DNA of 64,000 nucleotides from assembly GCA_050737915.1 (NCBI GenBank), contig JBOHYL010000019.1, positions 6,927-70,926 on the forward strand. The letters are read 5' to 3'. Position 1 is the first letter of the stretch; each line of letters starts with the position of its first letter. The DNA is from Rudaea sp. (GTDB taxonomy: Bacteria > Pseudomonadota > Gammaproteobacteria > Xanthomonadales > Rhodanobacteraceae). A program made the translations under genes and the position numbers. Below the pieces are notes generated by a model. It was not told where the DNA came from. It saw nothing but the letters and a program-made list of their open reading frames with translations, and searched no databases. This document shows positions 1 to 15,293 of this stretch, piece after piece.

Positions 1-888
1 ATTACGCACCCCATGCGGCACATGTCCTGTCGCCACGTGCCGGCGCGCGGATTCGACGTTCGCATGTGAGTCGTCGAAGAAGATGTCAGCGCCGAAGGCT
101 TCCAGAAACGGCCCTTTGTCGCGCCCGCCAAGGAACAGCGCCTCATCCAGGCGCACGCCCCAGCTGCGCAGGGTGAGGATCACGCGCTTGTGCGCGGGCG
201 CCGATCGCGCAGTGACCAGCGCAGTGCGGATTGGTGAGACGTCGCCCGCCGGAAACGCTGCTTGCAGGCGATGCATGGCCGCGAGAAAACCGCGGAATGG
301 CCCGCCCGACAACGGCTTTTCGGCATTTTCGGTCTCGTTGCGATGAAACGCTTCGATACCCTGCTCGGCCGACACGCGCTCGGATTCGTCGCCGAAGATC
401 ACCGCGTCGCCATCGAACGCGATACGCAACTGATCCGATGCCGTGGCTGGGGCTTTCGAGGGCAGGATCGTCGCGGCGGCAATGCCTGCGGCGAGAGCGG
501 CAGAAACACTTTCCGGATTGGCCGAAAGAAACAATTGTGCGCCGAAGGAATTCACGTACGGCGAGGTCGAGGAGCCACCAGTGAACACCGCCCGCGCGAT
601 GTGCAGGCCGTAATGCTCGATCGAATTGAAGATGCGCAGGCCGGTATCGGCCGAATTGCGCGAAAGCAGGATCACTTCCACGCGCGGCTCTTCCACGCCT
701 TCGTTCAGACGCAGAAGTTTTCGCACCAGCGGAAACGCAATGCCGGGCGCAAGCAGGTCGTTTTCGCGCGCCATCTGGAAATCGCGGTAGGCATCCAGAC
801 CTGCGCGCTCGAACAGCGCGTGGCTTTCGGCAAGATCGAATAACGCGCGCGAGGAAATCGCCACGACCAGACGATCTCCGGCAATCAT
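1..888 (-). CDS. 5'-nucleotidase family protein (HAD-like); 3' end runs off the window
   Basis: Absent from the ORF track because there is no stop inside the window. My translation of the reverse strand from ATG (888-886) gives MIAGDRLVVAISSRALFDLAESHALFERAGLDAYRDFQMARENDLLAPGIAFPLVRKLL...VILLSRNSADTGLRIFNSIEHYGL...IFFDDSHANVESA. The frame is open to position 1. It resembles the bacterial 5'-nucleotidase family from memory. Confidence 0.65.
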   Translation of the reverse strand, partial: MIAGDRLVVAISSRALFDLAESHALFERAGLDAYRDFQMARENDLLAPGIAFPLVRKLLRLNEGVEEPRVEVILLSRNSADTGLRIFNSIEHYGLHIARAVFTGGSSTSPYVNSFGAQLFLSANPESVSAALAAGIAAATILPSKAPATASDQLRIAFDGDAVIFGDESERVSAEQGIEAFHRNETENAEKPLSGGPFRGFLAAMHRLQAAFPAGDVSPIRTALVTARSAPAHKRVILTLRSWGVRLDEALFLGGRDKGPFLEAFGADIFFDDSHANVESARRHVATGHVPHGVRN

Positions 889-901
889 GGCGTGATTGTT
901 G

Positions 902-2419
902 TCAGTCATCGAAACCATCGATGAAGATCACATCGCTATACGCTGCGAAGGCATCGACGCGACCATAGCCCAAGGCATAATTCGGCCATACGGTGCTGGC
1001 GATGCCGCCGCAGCTTTGCGTCACCGGATCGGTCACACCCTGCCGCACCGCGGTTTCGCGCAGGATTGAGGCAACTTCCGCCGGCTTGCCCTTGAGCGCC
1101 GGAAACGCGGACATCAACAATGCCGCCGCGCCGGCGACATGCGGCGTGGCCATGCTGGTGCCCGACATCGTCGTGTAAGCGTTCGTCGGAATGCTCGAAT
1201 AGACATTCACGCCCGGCGCGACAACATCCGGGCGGATCAGGTTATCGCCCGTGACCGGGCCACGCGAGGAAAAGCTCGCCAACGTGTCGCTGGAGTTGGT
1301 CGCGCCGACGACGAAGCTGGCATCGTAGATCGCCGGCGGATCGGTGATGGAAGCGCACCCGTATGTGCCGTTGTTCTCTGCAGCGGCAGCGAAAAAAATC
1401 CCGCCAGCGACCAGATTATCGACAGCCGTTTCCAGAATTTCAGGGGGCGTGCAGCCTTCGCTCGGACCACTGGGCGACCCGGCCCCCGGACAAGTCCACG
1501 AATTGTTTACAATATCAGGTGCCAGATCGGAATTCGCATTGTTGCCGTTCGAATCCGTTGGCGCCAGCATCCACTGCATGCATTCGATATAGCGCGCGGG
1601 TGTGCCATTGCCTTCATCCATGTTGCGGCAACCGATCCATTTCGCACCGGGAGCAACGCCGATCTGGTTGCCCGCACCATCGTCGCCGGTCATCGTGCCC
1701 ATGGTGTGCGTACCGTGTCCGTAGTCGTCGCAGGGCGCAGACGAATCATTGCCGCAGGGATTGCCGGTGGAATCGTGGATGGCGTCGTGCCAGTTAAAAT
1801 TGTGATTGGCGCTGGTGCCATTCCATCCTCGATAGTGCGGCTTCAGCGCCGGATGATCCCACTGATAGCCGGTGTCCTCGCCGCCGATGACCACGCCTTG
1901 GCCGGTATCGCCCATAGCCCAGACATCCGGCGCGTGAATCCGGTTTACGCCCGAGGCGATGCCGGTCGTGGCCAGTGGCAACATAACATGGTCGGCTTGC
2001 GGCAGATGCTGCGGAATCCTCGGATTCGGTTCGATCCGCGCGACATCGGCGCGCGCCGCCAGTGCCGCCAAGGCCGACGCGGGGATGCGCGCCTGAATCA
2101 GGTTTACGATCCAGAAGTCGCGATGCGCGATACCCTGCGCATCCAGCCACGCGCGTGTCGCGCTCTGCTCGGTGTCCGCGCGTGCGCGCAACGCCGCGAC
2201 CAGCGCGCGCCGATGCACAAGATAGTTGCCGCCGGGTTGCAGCGGCGTCAGTGAGGGCGTGGACTGATCGGCAAATACCAGCAACGCGTCGGCACTGCCG
2301 CTCGCGGACATCGCTGCGCGCACTTGTGGTGCGACATCGGCCGCCGCCGCGGACCCGGTTAGCGCCGCGCACGTCAGCAAACAACAACCACCCAGCCATT
2401 CAATACGCGAATTGCTCAT
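902..2419 (-). CDS. secreted subtilisin-like serine peptidase (S8 family)
   Basis: ORF 902..2437. Catalytic-triad contexts [17 protein letters not shown] and [16 protein letters not shown] are present. The N-terminus is hydrophobic ([16 protein letters not shown]). I prefer the ATG at 2419 (MSNSRIEW...), which overlaps the nadK stop by about 20 nt. The start at 2437 is also possible. Confidence 0.9.
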   Translation of the reverse strand: MSNSRIEWLGGCCLLTCAALTGSAAAADVAPQVRAAMSASGSADALLVFADQSTPSLTPLQPGGNYLVHRRALVAALRARADTEQSATRAWLDAQGIAHRDFWIVNLIQARIPASALAALAARADVARIEPNPRIPQHLPQADHVMLPLATTGIASGVNRIHAPDVWAMGDTGQGVVIGGEDTGYQWDHPALKPHYRGWNGTSANHNFNWHDAIHDSTGNPCGNDSSAPCDDYGHGTHTMGTMTGDDGAGNQIGVAPGAKWIGCRNMDEGNGTPARYIECMQWMLAPTDSNGNNANSDLAPDIVNNSWTCPGAGSPSGPSEGCTPPEILETAVDNLVAGGIFFAAAAENNGTYGCASITDPPAIYDASFVVGATNSSDTLASFSSRGPVTGDNLIRPDVVAPGVNVYSSIPTNAYTTMSGTSMATPHVAGAAALLMSAFPALKGKPAEVASILRETAVRQGVTDPVTQSCGGIASTVWPNYALGYGRVDAFAAYSDVIFIDGFDD

Positions 2420-3185
2420 TGAGAATGCGATCCTCAAGATTGTGTTCGGGATCGAACAGAAGGGTAACAGTTTGCTCGCGCGACTCGCGCACCGTCACCT
2501 CGACCACGTCGCGTACTTCGTTGGAATCGGCCGTGGCGCTGACCGGGCGTTTGTACGGATCCAGTATCTCGAAATGCACCGACGTGCCGGCATGCAGAAT
2601 CGCACCGCGCCAGCGTCGCGGCCGGAACGGGCTGATCGGTGTCATCGCCAGCACGTCCACGCCCAGCGGCAGAATCGGCCCGTGCGCGGACAGGTTGTAT
2701 GCGGTCGAGCCAGCCGAGGTGCACACCAGTACGCCGTCGCACATCAATTCGTCGATCTTCACGGCGCCATTGAGCGACACACGGATATGCGCAGCTTGCT
2801 TGGTCTGGCGCAGCAAGGAGACTTCGTTGAACGCGAGTGAAGTGGTCGTCGTCCCCGATTCGCTCACCGCTTCCATCACCAGCGGCTTGAGCGCCGTCGG
2901 CCGCGCACGCGCCAGGCGTTCACGCAGATCTTCCGGGCGATACTGATTCATCAAAAATCCGACTGTGCCCAGCTTCATGCCGAAAACCGGCTTGCCCAGT
3001 GCCAGATAACGATGCAGCGTGCGCAGCATGAAGCCATCGCCGCCCAATGCAACAATTATTGTGGCCTGCTCAACCGACACATCGCCATAGCACGCATGCA
3101 AATCCGCGAGCGCGGTTTGCGCTTCGCTGGTCTTGCTCGCGACAAACGCGATGGAATTGGAGGCGGTCATGACGGTACCTGGCAT
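2400..3185 (-). CDS. nadK: NAD+ kinase
   Basis: 261 aa with the [11 protein letters not shown] motif, the [20 protein letters not shown] motif, and typical NadK length. Confidence 0.9.
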   Translation of the reverse strand: MPGTVMTASNSIAFVASKTSEAQTALADLHACYGDVSVEQATIIVALGGDGFMLRTLHRYLALGKPVFGMKLGTVGFLMNQYRPEDLRERLARARPTALKPLVMEAVSESGTTTTSLAFNEVSLLRQTKQAAHIRVSLNGAVKIDELMCDGVLVCTSAGSTAYNLSAHGPILPLGVDVLAMTPISPFRPRRWRGAILHAGTSVHFEILDPYKRPVSATADSNEVRDVVEVTVRESREQTVTLLFDPEHNLEDRILNEQFAY

Positions 3186-3188
3186 ATC

Positions 3189-6100
3189 TCAGGATGACGC
3201 GCCTGCCTGCACCAGTTGCGCCAGGCGCCGCACGGCAACGGACACGATCGGGTAATCGGCGACCACCTGCGAGCGCATGTCGGCGAACATGCTCAAGGTG
3301 AATTTGAGCGACGCATCGTCGCGGCCCAACCAGGCTTCGACCAGTTGTGCACCGTTGCCGGTACCGCCGTGCTCGATGATCTGCGCCGTGAGCGCGCGGT
3401 GCTGGCTGTAGAGTTCGTCGCGCAAGGACCCACGCGCGTGCGCATGCCAGCGCGACTCGACCGGCAATTGCTCTATTTTGCCCATCAGCCACGACAGGTG
3501 CAGCGCATCGCCGAGTGCAAAATATACTTCCGCGGCGCGTTCGACCTTGAGATTGTGGTCGGCGGCGACGTGGATGATGTCCAGACCCGATCCCGGCGTC
3601 GGCAGTACGGCAAGATCGGCTGCAAGGTCTTGCGGGAATCCTGCATCGAGCCAACGCTGCTTGTCGGCATCGTAACGCACGTGCTCGCGTGGCGTGATCG
3701 CTTCGACCAGATGCACGCGCAGATCGCGCATGCCCTGATGGTAACGTTCCACCGCGGAGGCGATGTTCAACGTGGCGTCGGAATGGTTGAGTACCCAACG
3801 CGTGGAGTTGCGCAATGCCGCCCAGATCACCAGCAGCGCGTCGATTTGCGCGTTGCCGTCGACCTTGCCGTCGAGCGCCTCGACACCGGCCCACATCTGG
3901 CGCGCATCGAACACTTCGCGTGCGATGTTGTAGGCGCGCGCCACCTGCGCCGGCGTCTTGCCGGTATCCTCGCCCATGCGCAACACGAACGTGGCACCCA
4001 TGCGGTTGACCATCGAGTTGGTCACGGCGGTGGCGATGATCTCGCGTTTGAGGCGGTGCCGTTCCATGTGCTGTGCGTATTTGTCCTGCAACGGCGTCGG
4101 AAAGTACCGGCGCAACTCACTGGAAAGGTACGGGTCCTCGGGTACGTCCGATTCGAGCAATTGCTGGAACAGCACGATCTTGGCATAGGAAAGCAGAATC
4201 GACAGCTCCGGTCGCGTCAGACCAAGCCCACGCGCACGGCGTTCGAGGAATTCCGCGTCGGTCGGCAGAAATTCGATCTGGCGATCGAGCAGTCCCTGCG
4301 CTTCGAGGGTGCGGATGAAATGCTGCTTGGCGCCGATGCGCGCGACCGACATGCGCTCCATCAGGCTGATCGCCTGATTCTGGCGGTAATTGTCGAGCAG
4401 TACGAGACGTTCGACCTCGTCCGTCATTGCCGCCAGTTGCTTGTTGCGCGCGGCGTAATCGAGTTCGCCGCGCTGCACCGCATCGCTGAGCAGGATCTTG
4501 ATGTTGACCTCATGATCGGATGTATCCACACCCGCCGAGTTGTCGATGAAGTCCGTATTGAGCAGCACGCCATTGAGCGCCGCCTCGATACGGCCGCGCT
4601 GGGTGAAACCCAGATTGCCGCCCTCGCCGACCAGCTTACAACGCAATTCCCTGCCGTTGACACGGATCGCATTGTTGGCGCGATCGCCGGCGTCGGCATT
4701 GGTCTCGGTTTCGGCCTTGACGTAAGTGCCGATGCCGCCGTTCCAGAGCAGATCTACCGGCGCCTTGAGAATGGCACGCATCAGGTCGTTCGGAGACAGG
4801 CTCGTCGTATCGTCGTCGATGCCGAGCACGGTGCGGACCTCGGGCGATACCGCGATCGCCTTGGCACTGCGCGGAAATACTCCACCGCCCGCGCTGATCA
4901 AGGCCGCTGTGTAGTCCGCCCACGACGAACGCGGCAGCTGGAACAGGCGTTCGCGCTCGGCGAACGCTTGCGTCGCATCCGGATTCGGATCGAGGAAGAT
5001 GTGGCGATGATCGAATGCGGCAAGCAAGCGTGTGTGGGTCGAAAGCAGCATGCCATTGCCGAACACGTCGCCGGACATGTCGCCAATACCGACACAGGTG
5101 AAATCCGCCGACTGGCAATCGCGCCCGAGCGCGCGGAAGTGGCGCTTGACCGATTCCCAACCGCCCTTGGCGGTAATGCCCATGGCCTTGTGGTCGTAGC
5201 CGACCGAGCCGCCCGAAGCGAATGCGTCGCCAAGCCAGTAGCCGTGTTCGGCACTGACCGCATTGGCGATGTCGGAAAAAGTTGCCGTGCCCTTGTCCGC
5301 TGCAACGACCAGATACGGATCGTCGCCGTCGTGGCGCACGCAATTTTGCGGGTGGACGATCTTGCCATCGACCAGATTGTCGGTGATGTCGAGCAGGCCG
5401 TTGATGAACAGACGGTAGCAGGCGATGCCTTCGGCCAGAATGACATCGCGATCGCCGCCGGCAGGTGGCCGCTTGACGAAGAAGCCGCCCTTGGATCCGA
5501 CCGGCACAATGACCGTATTCTTGACCATCTGCGCCTTGACCAAACCCAACACCTCCGTGCGGAAATCCTCACGCCGGTCGGACCAGCGCAGGCCGCCGCG
5601 CGCAACCGGACCGAAGCGCAAGTGCACACCTTCCACGCGCGGCGCGTAGACGAAGATTTCGCGATAGGGTTTCGGCTTGGGCAGATCCGGCACCCTGGCT
5701 GGATCGAACTTGAAGCTGATGTATTCGCGCGGCTTGCCGCCGGGAGTCTGATAGTAACTCGTGCGCAACATCGCGCCGACCGTGCCGAGGAACGCACGCA
5801 GGATGCGATCCTCGTCCAGACTCGCCACGCGATCGAGCAACACGCGCAACGCGGCCACGATCGCCTGCTGTTGCGTCTCGCGCGATTCGCCAAGCGCATT
5901 GAGCAGATTATCCATAAATCCACTATGGGATTTTGCGGTCTCTTCCGGCAGCAACGCCTCCAGCTCGCGACGCAGGCGCTTGCGCGCGCCTTCGAGCACA
6001 GTCTTGCCCGGATCTTCGCGTTGCGGATCGAATTTGGCCTCGAAAAACTCCACCAGCAGACCTGCAATCAGCGGATACCGATTGAGGGTTTCCTCCATGT

Positions 6101-8141
6101 AGCTTTGCGAGAACGGTACGCCGGTCTGTTGCAGGTATTTGCACAACCCACGCAGCATCGCCACCTGCCGCCAGTCCATGTTGGCGACCAGGATGAGTCG
6201 ATTGAAGCCGTCGTTTTCGGCCTGACCGCGCCATATGCGCTCGAAGCTGGATTGAAACGAGTCGCGGATTTGTTCGATGTCGAATGCGCACTGCACCGAA
6301 GTTTGCACTTCGAATTCCTGGATCATCGCGCTTTCGGTACCAAGATTCATCTGGTACGGGTGCTCGGAGATGATCTTCAACCCGAGGTTCTCCAGCAGTG
6401 GCAGCGCTTCGGACAAGGTGATCGGTGCGCCTAGGCGGAACAGCTTGAAACGCAGGCTGCCATCGTGCTGCGCGGAACGGTACAGTGACATGCGCAAGTC
6501 GTCGGCGTCCTTGAGACTGGCCACTGCTTCCACATCCGCTGCCGCCACTTGCGCGCTGACTTCTTCGATATAGCCGGCAGGCAAGGCCTTGCCGTACCGG
6601 CTGGCGAGTTTGCTGCCCTTTTCCTCGCCGTGCCTTTGCACCAGGGCCTCGCGCAAACTGTCGTGCCAGTTGCGCACGATCTGGCCGATGCGCTCCTCCA
6701 ATTGACCAGTGTCGTAGTGCGGCTTCGCGCCGGCTTTTGGACGCACAATCACGTGCAGGCGCGCGAGCGCCGACTCGCCGACGTGGATCGTCGAATCCAG
6801 TCGCTCACCATCGAATGCATTCTTGAGCAGCGCCTCGATGCGCTCGCGCACATCGGCAGTGAAGCGGTCGCGCGGCAGGAATACCAGACACGAGAAGAAA
6901 CGGCCGTACTTGTCGCCGCGCACGAACAGGCGCGCGCGCGCCCGGCTCTGCACATGCAGGATGCCGGTGGCAATGGTGAACAGTTCGTCCTCGCTGGCCT
7001 GGAACAGTTCATCGCGCGGCAAGGTTTCCAGGATGTGGCGCAGGTTCTTGCCGGAATGCGAATCGCGGCGCAAACCGGAGCGCTGCATTACCGCCTCGAA
7101 CTTGTGCCGCACCAACGGAATATCCCACGGCCTGCGCGCGTACGCGCCAGAAGTGAACAGGCCAAGAAAGCGCTGCTCGGCCACAGGCACGCCGTGCGCG
7201 TTGAATTCAAGCACGCCGATATAGTCCATGTAACCGGAACGATGCACACTGGCGCGCGCATTGGTTTTGGTCAGGATAATGGCGTCGATCGCGCCGGATT
7301 GCGGCAGATCGCGCGCCACCAGGGACTTGATCGAACGCGGCGCCAGCGAGCGCTCGCCACCATACAGGATGCCCAGGCCGGAGCCTTCCACCGCCTGCAA
7401 CACGTCCTCACCGCCGGACGTGGCGACGCGGTATTCGCGGTAGCCAAGAAACGTGAAGTGATCGGCCGCCGCCCAGCGCAGGAATTCCTGCGCCTCGGCC
7501 ACGCCCGCGGCATCCAGCGGCAATTTGCACACGGCCATTGCGTCGGCGATGGCGAGCATTTTTGTGCGCATTGCCGGCCAGTCGCGATTGCATTGCGCCA
7601 CATCGTCCAGCGCCGTCCTCACGGCTTGTTCCAGGCGCGCACGCTCGGCCGCCTCGCCAACTCGATCAATCTCGAAATGCATGAGCGATTCGGCGCGCCC
7701 CTTGCCGCCTTCGGCCGCGATGCCGAGCACGTTACCGCCGGCGTCGCGCGTGACGCTGTATACCGGGTGGAGCGCCAGATGCGCACTTAGTCCAGCCTGG
7801 GCTACGGCGATGCCGACCGAATCGACCAGAAACGGCATGTCGTCGGTGATGATATCAATCGCCGTGTGCACGCACTCGTAGCCCTCGGCGTCCATGCCGG
7901 GATTGAACACGCGCAGGTTCAACACGCCGGGTTTGCGTACGCGCACGAATTCGAACAAGCCATTGACCAGCGCAACCCAGGCGTCGACACTGTGAGCGGC
8001 CAGATCCTCGGCGCCGACGCGGCGGAAAAAGTGTGCGACAAACGGTTGCGCCAGCGCCCCGTGCGTCGTGTCGAAGCGCGCGAGTATCGATTGCAAAAAA
8101 GCGTCGTCTGCGCGAGCGGCCGCGCTGGGCTTGGCGTTCAT
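3189..8141 (-). CDS. gdhB: NAD-specific glutamate dehydrogenase, large (about 180 kDa) type
   Basis: ORF 3189..8177 (1662 aa), very long and uninterrupted. The core around GGLRWSDR...KGGFF...PYLVVAADKGTA...GITAKGGWESVKRHF is typical of the large NAD-GDH family. I prefer the ATG at 8141 (MNAKPS...), which has AGGA 6 nt upstream. The start at 8177 is also possible. Confidence 0.9.
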   Translation of the reverse strand: MNAKPSAAARADDAFLQSILARFDTTHGALAQPFVAHFFRRVGAEDLAAHSVDAWVALVNGLFEFVRVRKPGVLNLRVFNPGMDAEGYECVHTAIDIITDDMPFLVDSVGIAVAQAGLSAHLALHPVYSVTRDAGGNVLGIAAEGGKGRAESLMHFEIDRVGEAAERARLEQAVRTALDDVAQCNRDWPAMRTKMLAIADAMAVCKLPLDAAGVAEAQEFLRWAAADHFTFLGYREYRVATSGGEDVLQAVEGSGLGILYGGERSLAPRSIKSLVARDLPQSGAIDAIILTKTNARASVHRSGYMDYIGVLEFNAHGVPVAEQRFLGLFTSGAYARRPWDIPLVRHKFEAVMQRSGLRRDSHSGKNLRHILETLPRDELFQASEDELFTIATGILHVQSRARARLFVRGDKYGRFFSCLVFLPRDRFTADVRERIEALLKNAFDGERLDSTIHVGESALARLHVIVRPKAGAKPHYDTGQLEERIGQIVRNWHDSLREALVQRHGEEKGSKLASRYGKALPAGYIEEVSAQVAAADVEAVASLKDADDLRMSLYRSAQHDGSLRFKLFRLGAPITLSEALPLLENLGLKIISEHPYQMNLGTESAMIQEFEVQTSVQCAFDIEQIRDSFQSSFERIWRGQAENDGFNRLILVANMDWRQVAMLRGLCKYLQQTGVPFSQSYMEETLNRYPLIAGLLVEFFEAKFDPQREDPGKTVLEGARKRLRRELEALLPEETAKSHSGFMDNLLNALGESRETQQQAIVAALRVLLDRVASLDEDRILRAFLGTVGAMLRTSYYQTPGGKPREYISFKFDPARVPDLPKPKPYREIFVYAPRVEGVHLRFGPVARGGLRWSDRREDFRTEVLGLVKAQMVKNTVIVPVGSKGGFFVKRPPAGGDRDVILAEGIACYRLFINGLLDITDNLVDGKIVHPQNCVRHDGDDPYLVVAADKGTATFSDIANAVSAEHGYWLGDAFASGGSVGYDHKAMGITAKGGWESVKRHFRALGRDCQSADFTCVGIGDMSGDVFGNGMLLSTHTRLLAAFDHRHIFLDPNPDATQAFAERERLFQLPRSSWADYTAALISAGGGVFPRSAKAIAVSPEVRTVLGIDDDTTSLSPNDLMRAILKAPVDLLWNGGIGTYVKAETETNADAGDRANNAIRVNGRELRCKLVGEGGNLGFTQRGRIEAALNGVLLNTDFIDNSAGVDTSDHEVNIKILLSDAVQRGELDYAARNKQLAAMTDEVERLVLLDNYRQNQAISLMERMSVARIGAKQHFIRTLEAQGLLDRQIEFLPTDAEFLERRARGLGLTRPELSILLSYAKIVLFQQLLESDVPEDPYLSSELRRYFPTPLQDKYAQHMERHRLKREIIATAVTNSMVNRMGATFVLRMGEDTGKTPAQVARAYNIAREVFDARQMWAGVEALDGKVDGNAQIDALLVIWAALRNSTRWVLNHSDATLNIASAVERYHQGMRDLRVHLVEAITPREHVRYDADKQRWLDAGFPQDLAADLAVLPTPGSGLDIIHVAADHNLKVERAAEVYFALGDALHLSWLMGKIEQLPVESRWHAHARGSLRDELYSQHRALTAQIIEHGGTGNGAQLVEAWLGRDDASLKFTLSMFADMRSQVVADYPIVSVAVRRLAQLVQAGASS

Positions 8142-8318
8142 GGAAATCCTGTCCCGAACGGGAATTGCGGGATGCAAAGCATACCGCTTCGCCGTCCGTA
8201 TCCGCCAGCCGTGCCGTGCATGCGGCGGCTGGCACGAAGGGTGCTTTAGGGAACCTCTGATTCACCGGCTGCGGTCACGTCGTCGCCGCCAGCGATGCCG
8301 AACCGGGATAAGCGTCGC

Positions 8319-9467
<1,149 letters not shown>

Positions 9468-9522
9468 AAAGGCTCCTTGCTGGAATGCCTCTTCCGCGGA
9501 CGGGAGAGACAAGAGGGCAATT

Positions 9523-10326
9523 TTACCGTTTTCCACCTGCCCACGTCAGCGATCCCGGCGCCGGCAAGTTGGAAAAATCACAGGGCGCGTGCGGCAGGCG
9601 CTGATCGAGCAGCCATGGCAGCAGTTGCGGCGTGTGGTAGGCCTGGTGCCAGATCACATGCATCTCATCCGGATATTCGGTGTAGCGCGGATGCCCACCG
9701 CGCGCGCGCAACGCGCGCACCACTGCGCGCGAGCCGACCATCGCTCCGCCGTAGCCCGTTTCGACATCGGTGTCGTTGTCCTTGCCGCCGTGGAATACCC
9801 ATTCGGGCACGTCGCTGATCGACGCCAGTCCGGCCAGTTCAGTCATGCCCGACATCGGCACGCCGGCGGCGAAACACGCCGGCCAGGTCTTGAATGCGTC
9901 CCACACACCGGTAGCGCCATCGGAAATGCCGGTGAGATAGATGCGCCGCCGATCGATGGGAAAATGCCGGATCGCATCGGCGACCGCGGCGGCCACGCGC
10001 CGCGGCGGCCAGTAGCCCCCAGTCGTCTGCGGCGCGACGTAGACCAGCGGGATGTCGCCGCGGACAGCCTGATCCAGCCACAGCATAGAACCGTTGCCAT
10101 AACCGACCAGCTGCGATTGGTTGTCGGTGCCATCCTGCCAGTCGCCGTGCAGGAACACGATCAGCGGCAGCAATTCGCCATGCTGGCGCCCCGACGTTTG
10201 CATGGCACGATACGGGACATGCAGCGCGTCCGGGGTCAAGAATTTGGCCAGGGCGGAATACGCCACGTCAGCGCGCACGCCGGCCATGCCGGCCAGCAGC
10301 AGCAAAAGGATTAGGCCAATCCGCAC
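9523..10326 (-). CDS. secreted alpha/beta-hydrolase (esterase/peptidase-like)
   Basis: ORF 9523..10464. It has a signal-like segment IGLILLLLLAGMAGVRA, a GxSxG nucleophile elbow (TGISDGATG) and VFLHGD. The full ORF would abut the divergent gene with 0 nt between them, so an internal GTG (10326, GGAGAA upstream) is more likely. The start is uncertain. Confidence 0.6.
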   Translation of the reverse strand: MRIGLILLLLLAGMAGVRADVAYSALAKFLTPDALHVPYRAMQTSGRQHGELLPLIVFLHGDWQDGTDNQSQLVGYGNGSMLWLDQAVRGDIPLVYVAPQTTGGYWPPRRVAAAVADAIRHFPIDRRRIYLTGISDGATGVWDAFKTWPACFAAGVPMSGMTELAGLASISDVPEWVFHGGKDNDTDVETGYGGAMVGSRAVVRALRARGGHPRYTEYPDEMHVIWHQAYHTPQLLPWLLDQRLPHAPCDFSNLPAPGSLTWAGGKR

Positions 10327-10399
10327 GCGCACTTCTCCACTCACGGTTTCCGGCAACGCGTGTTCGACCTTAGCCGAACGTGCGGGTTCAATCCATACG

Positions 10400-10457
10400 T
10401 TGACGGTAGTGGATCGCCGGCGTAACCTGCTCACCCATCTTTCAATCAAGATGAAAG
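10400..10457 (+). promoter_or_regulatory. candidate sigma-70 promoter plus overlapping inverted repeats (possible autoregulatory operator) upstream of the ArsR/methyltransferase regulator
   Basis: TTGACG (10400-10405), a 17-nt spacer, then TAACCT (10423-10428). Downstream are the inverted repeats CATCTT-N6-AAGATG (10436-10453) and the overlapping CTTTCA-N7-TGAAAG (10439-10457). The AAAGGA ribosome-binding site and TTG start follow at 10465. This rests on pattern matching only. Confidence 0.35.
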
Positions 10458-10464
10458 GATACAC

Positions 10465-11394
10465 TTGGATCTCGCTGCCACTTCCGGCCTGCTGCGCCTG
10501 CTCGGCGACCCCACCCGCCTGCGCCTGCTTGCCCTGATCGAGCGCGAGGAATTAACCGTTGCCGAGCTGTCCAGTGCGCTGCGCCTGGCCCAGCCGCGCG
10601 TATCCACGCATCTGGCCAAGCTCAAGGAGGCAGGCCTGGTGCGCGACCGCCGCGCCGGCGTGTCGGCCTATTATCGCTGGAATACGGAACTCGGCGGCAA
10701 GTCGGCGCATCTGGTGCACGCGCTGCGTGCGAGCCTGGACGATGCCCTGATTGCCGAGGATTTGCGCCGCCTGCCCTCGATCCTCGCCCAGCGCGCACGC
10801 GCTGCCGGCTGGGCGGACAGTGTCGCCGGCGACATGGAGCGCCACTATTCGCCTGGCCGCACCTGGGAAACCCTCGCCCGCGCGCTGACCGGCCTGATCG
10901 ACGTCGGTGATGTGCTCGACGTGGCTTCCGGGGATGGCGTGCTCGCGGAACTGCTCGCCCCGCATGCACGCTCGATCGTGTGCGTGGACGCAAGCGAACG
11001 CGTGGTTGCGGCCGCACGGGCGCGGCTCAAATCCTTCCGCAATGTCGAAGTGCAGCTCGGCGACATGCATGCGCTGGATGCGGGCGCGCGGCGTTTCGAT
11101 CTGGTGCTGCTGATGCACGCGCTCACCTACAGCGAACGGCCGGCCAAGGCTATTGCCGAGGCCGCGCGCGTACTCAAACCGGGTGGGCGCCTGTCCGCGA
11201 TCACGCTCGGCCGCCACGCCCACCGCACCGCCGTGACCCCGTTCGATCACCGCAATCTCGGATTCCGCGCCGAAGATCTGCGTCGCTTCGCGCTGGCGGC
11301 CGGCCTGAAAGTCGCCGCTTGTGCGCGCATCACGCGCGAACGCCGCCCGCCGCATTTCGAGGTGCTGCACTTGTTGGCAAGGAAACCGGCATGA
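10465..11394 (+). CDS. ArsR-family wHTH regulator fused to a SAM-dependent methyltransferase-like domain (SahR-like regulator of the methionine/SAM cycle)
   Basis: 309 aa. The N-terminus [48 protein letters not shown] is an ArsR HTH. The C-terminus [15 protein letters not shown]...LKPGGRL is a class I methyltransferase fold. It sits directly upstream of metH with an ATGA overlap. Confidence 0.8.
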   Translation: MDLAATSGLLRLLGDPTRLRLLALIEREELTVAELSSALRLAQPRVSTHLAKLKEAGLVRDRRAGVSAYYRWNTELGGKSAHLVHALRASLDDALIAEDLRRLPSILAQRARAAGWADSVAGDMERHYSPGRTWETLARALTGLIDVGDVLDVASGDGVLAELLAPHARSIVCVDASERVVAAARARLKSFRNVEVQLGDMHALDAGARRFDLVLLMHALTYSERPAKAIAEAARVLKPGGRLSAITLGRHAHRTAVTPFDHRNLGFRAEDLRRFALAAGLKVAACARITRERRPPHFEVLHLLARKPA

Positions 11395-12472
11395 CCGAGC
11401 TGCCCTGGATTGATCCCGAGCGCGTGCATGCGCTCACCCGCGCACTCGCACAGCGCATTCTCGTCATCGACGGCGCTATGGGCACGATGCTGCAGGCGTA
11501 CCGGCTCGACGAGGAAGGCTACCGCGGCGAACGCTTTGCGCGCGGGCACGCGGGTACACACGCGCATGGCCATGGACCGAGTTGTGAGCACGACGTCAAG
11601 GGCAACAACGACCTGCTCAGTTTGAGCCGGCCCGACATCATCCGGGCCGTGCACACGGCCTACCTCGATGCCGGCGCGGACCTGGTCGAAACCAATACGT
11701 TCAATTCCACCTCGATCAGCCAGGCCGACTATCACCTGGAGCATCTGGTGTACGAGTTGAACCGCGAGGGCGCACGCCTCGCGCGCGCATGCTGCGTCGC
11801 CGCCGAAGCCGCCGCGCCCGCGCAATCGCGTTTCGTGATCGGCGTGCTCGGCCCGACCAGCCGCACCGCGTCGATCTCGCCGGACGTGAACAATCCCGGA
11901 TTTCGCAACGTCAGCTTCGAACAACTCGCCGACGCGTATGCCGAGTCGACACGTGGACTGGTCGATGGCGGCGCTGACGTGCTCATGATCGAAACCGTGT
12001 TCGACACGCTCAACGCCAAAGCCGCGGTGTTCGGCATCGCCCAGGAATTCGAGCGCCGCGGCGCACGCGCGCCACTGATGATTTCCGGCACCATCACCGA
12101 TCTGTCCGGACGTACGCTGTCGGGCCAGACCACCGAGGCGTTCTATTATTCACTGCGCCATGCACGACCGTTGTCCATTGGGCTCAATTGCGCGCTGGGC
12201 GCGACCGAGCTGCGCGCCTACGTGGAAGCTCTGGCCCAGGTTGCCGATTGCCATGTCAGCGCGCATCCCAACGCCGGGCTGCCGAACGCGTTCGGCGAAT
12301 ACGACGAAACGCCGGAGCACATGGCCGGCGTGATCGGCGAATTCGCGCACAGCGGGTTGGTGAATTTCGTGGGCGGCTGCTGCGGCACCACGCCGGCGCA
12401 TATTGCCGCGATCGCCGCGGCGGTGCGCGGCGTGCGTCCACGCAAGCTGCCCGCGTCCGTCGAGGCCGCGGC

Positions 12473-12476
<4 letters not shown>
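11391..12476 (+). CDS. metH: methionine synthase, homocysteine S-methyltransferase domain subunit (split MetH, part 1)
   Basis: The real start is [35 protein letters not shown] at ATG 11391. The track ORF from 10980 is a 5' extension overlapping the upstream gene. The protein ends ...[15 protein letters not shown], which is the Zn/Hcy site motif. Confidence 0.9.
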
Positions 12477-15160
<2,684 letters not shown>

Positions 15161-15293
15161 TCATTGGCGATGCACCGGGCAGCTTGCCACGGGCATCGAG
15201 CAAGCGGTCGCGGCATAGCCGCGCCACGCTTGTCGAATCGGCGATCAAACCGCCGATTCGGTGACACTTCCCTGTGCCACGACACCCGTCGCC

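Noticed and set aside
3216-6434. 1072-aa ORF on the + strand, antisense to the NAD-glutamate dehydrogenase gene
   Set aside because: It is fully contained within, and antisense to, a gene with unmistakable homology. Its translation is Arg/Ala/His/Gly-rich low complexity. High third-position G+C on the sense strand removes stops from the antisense frame.
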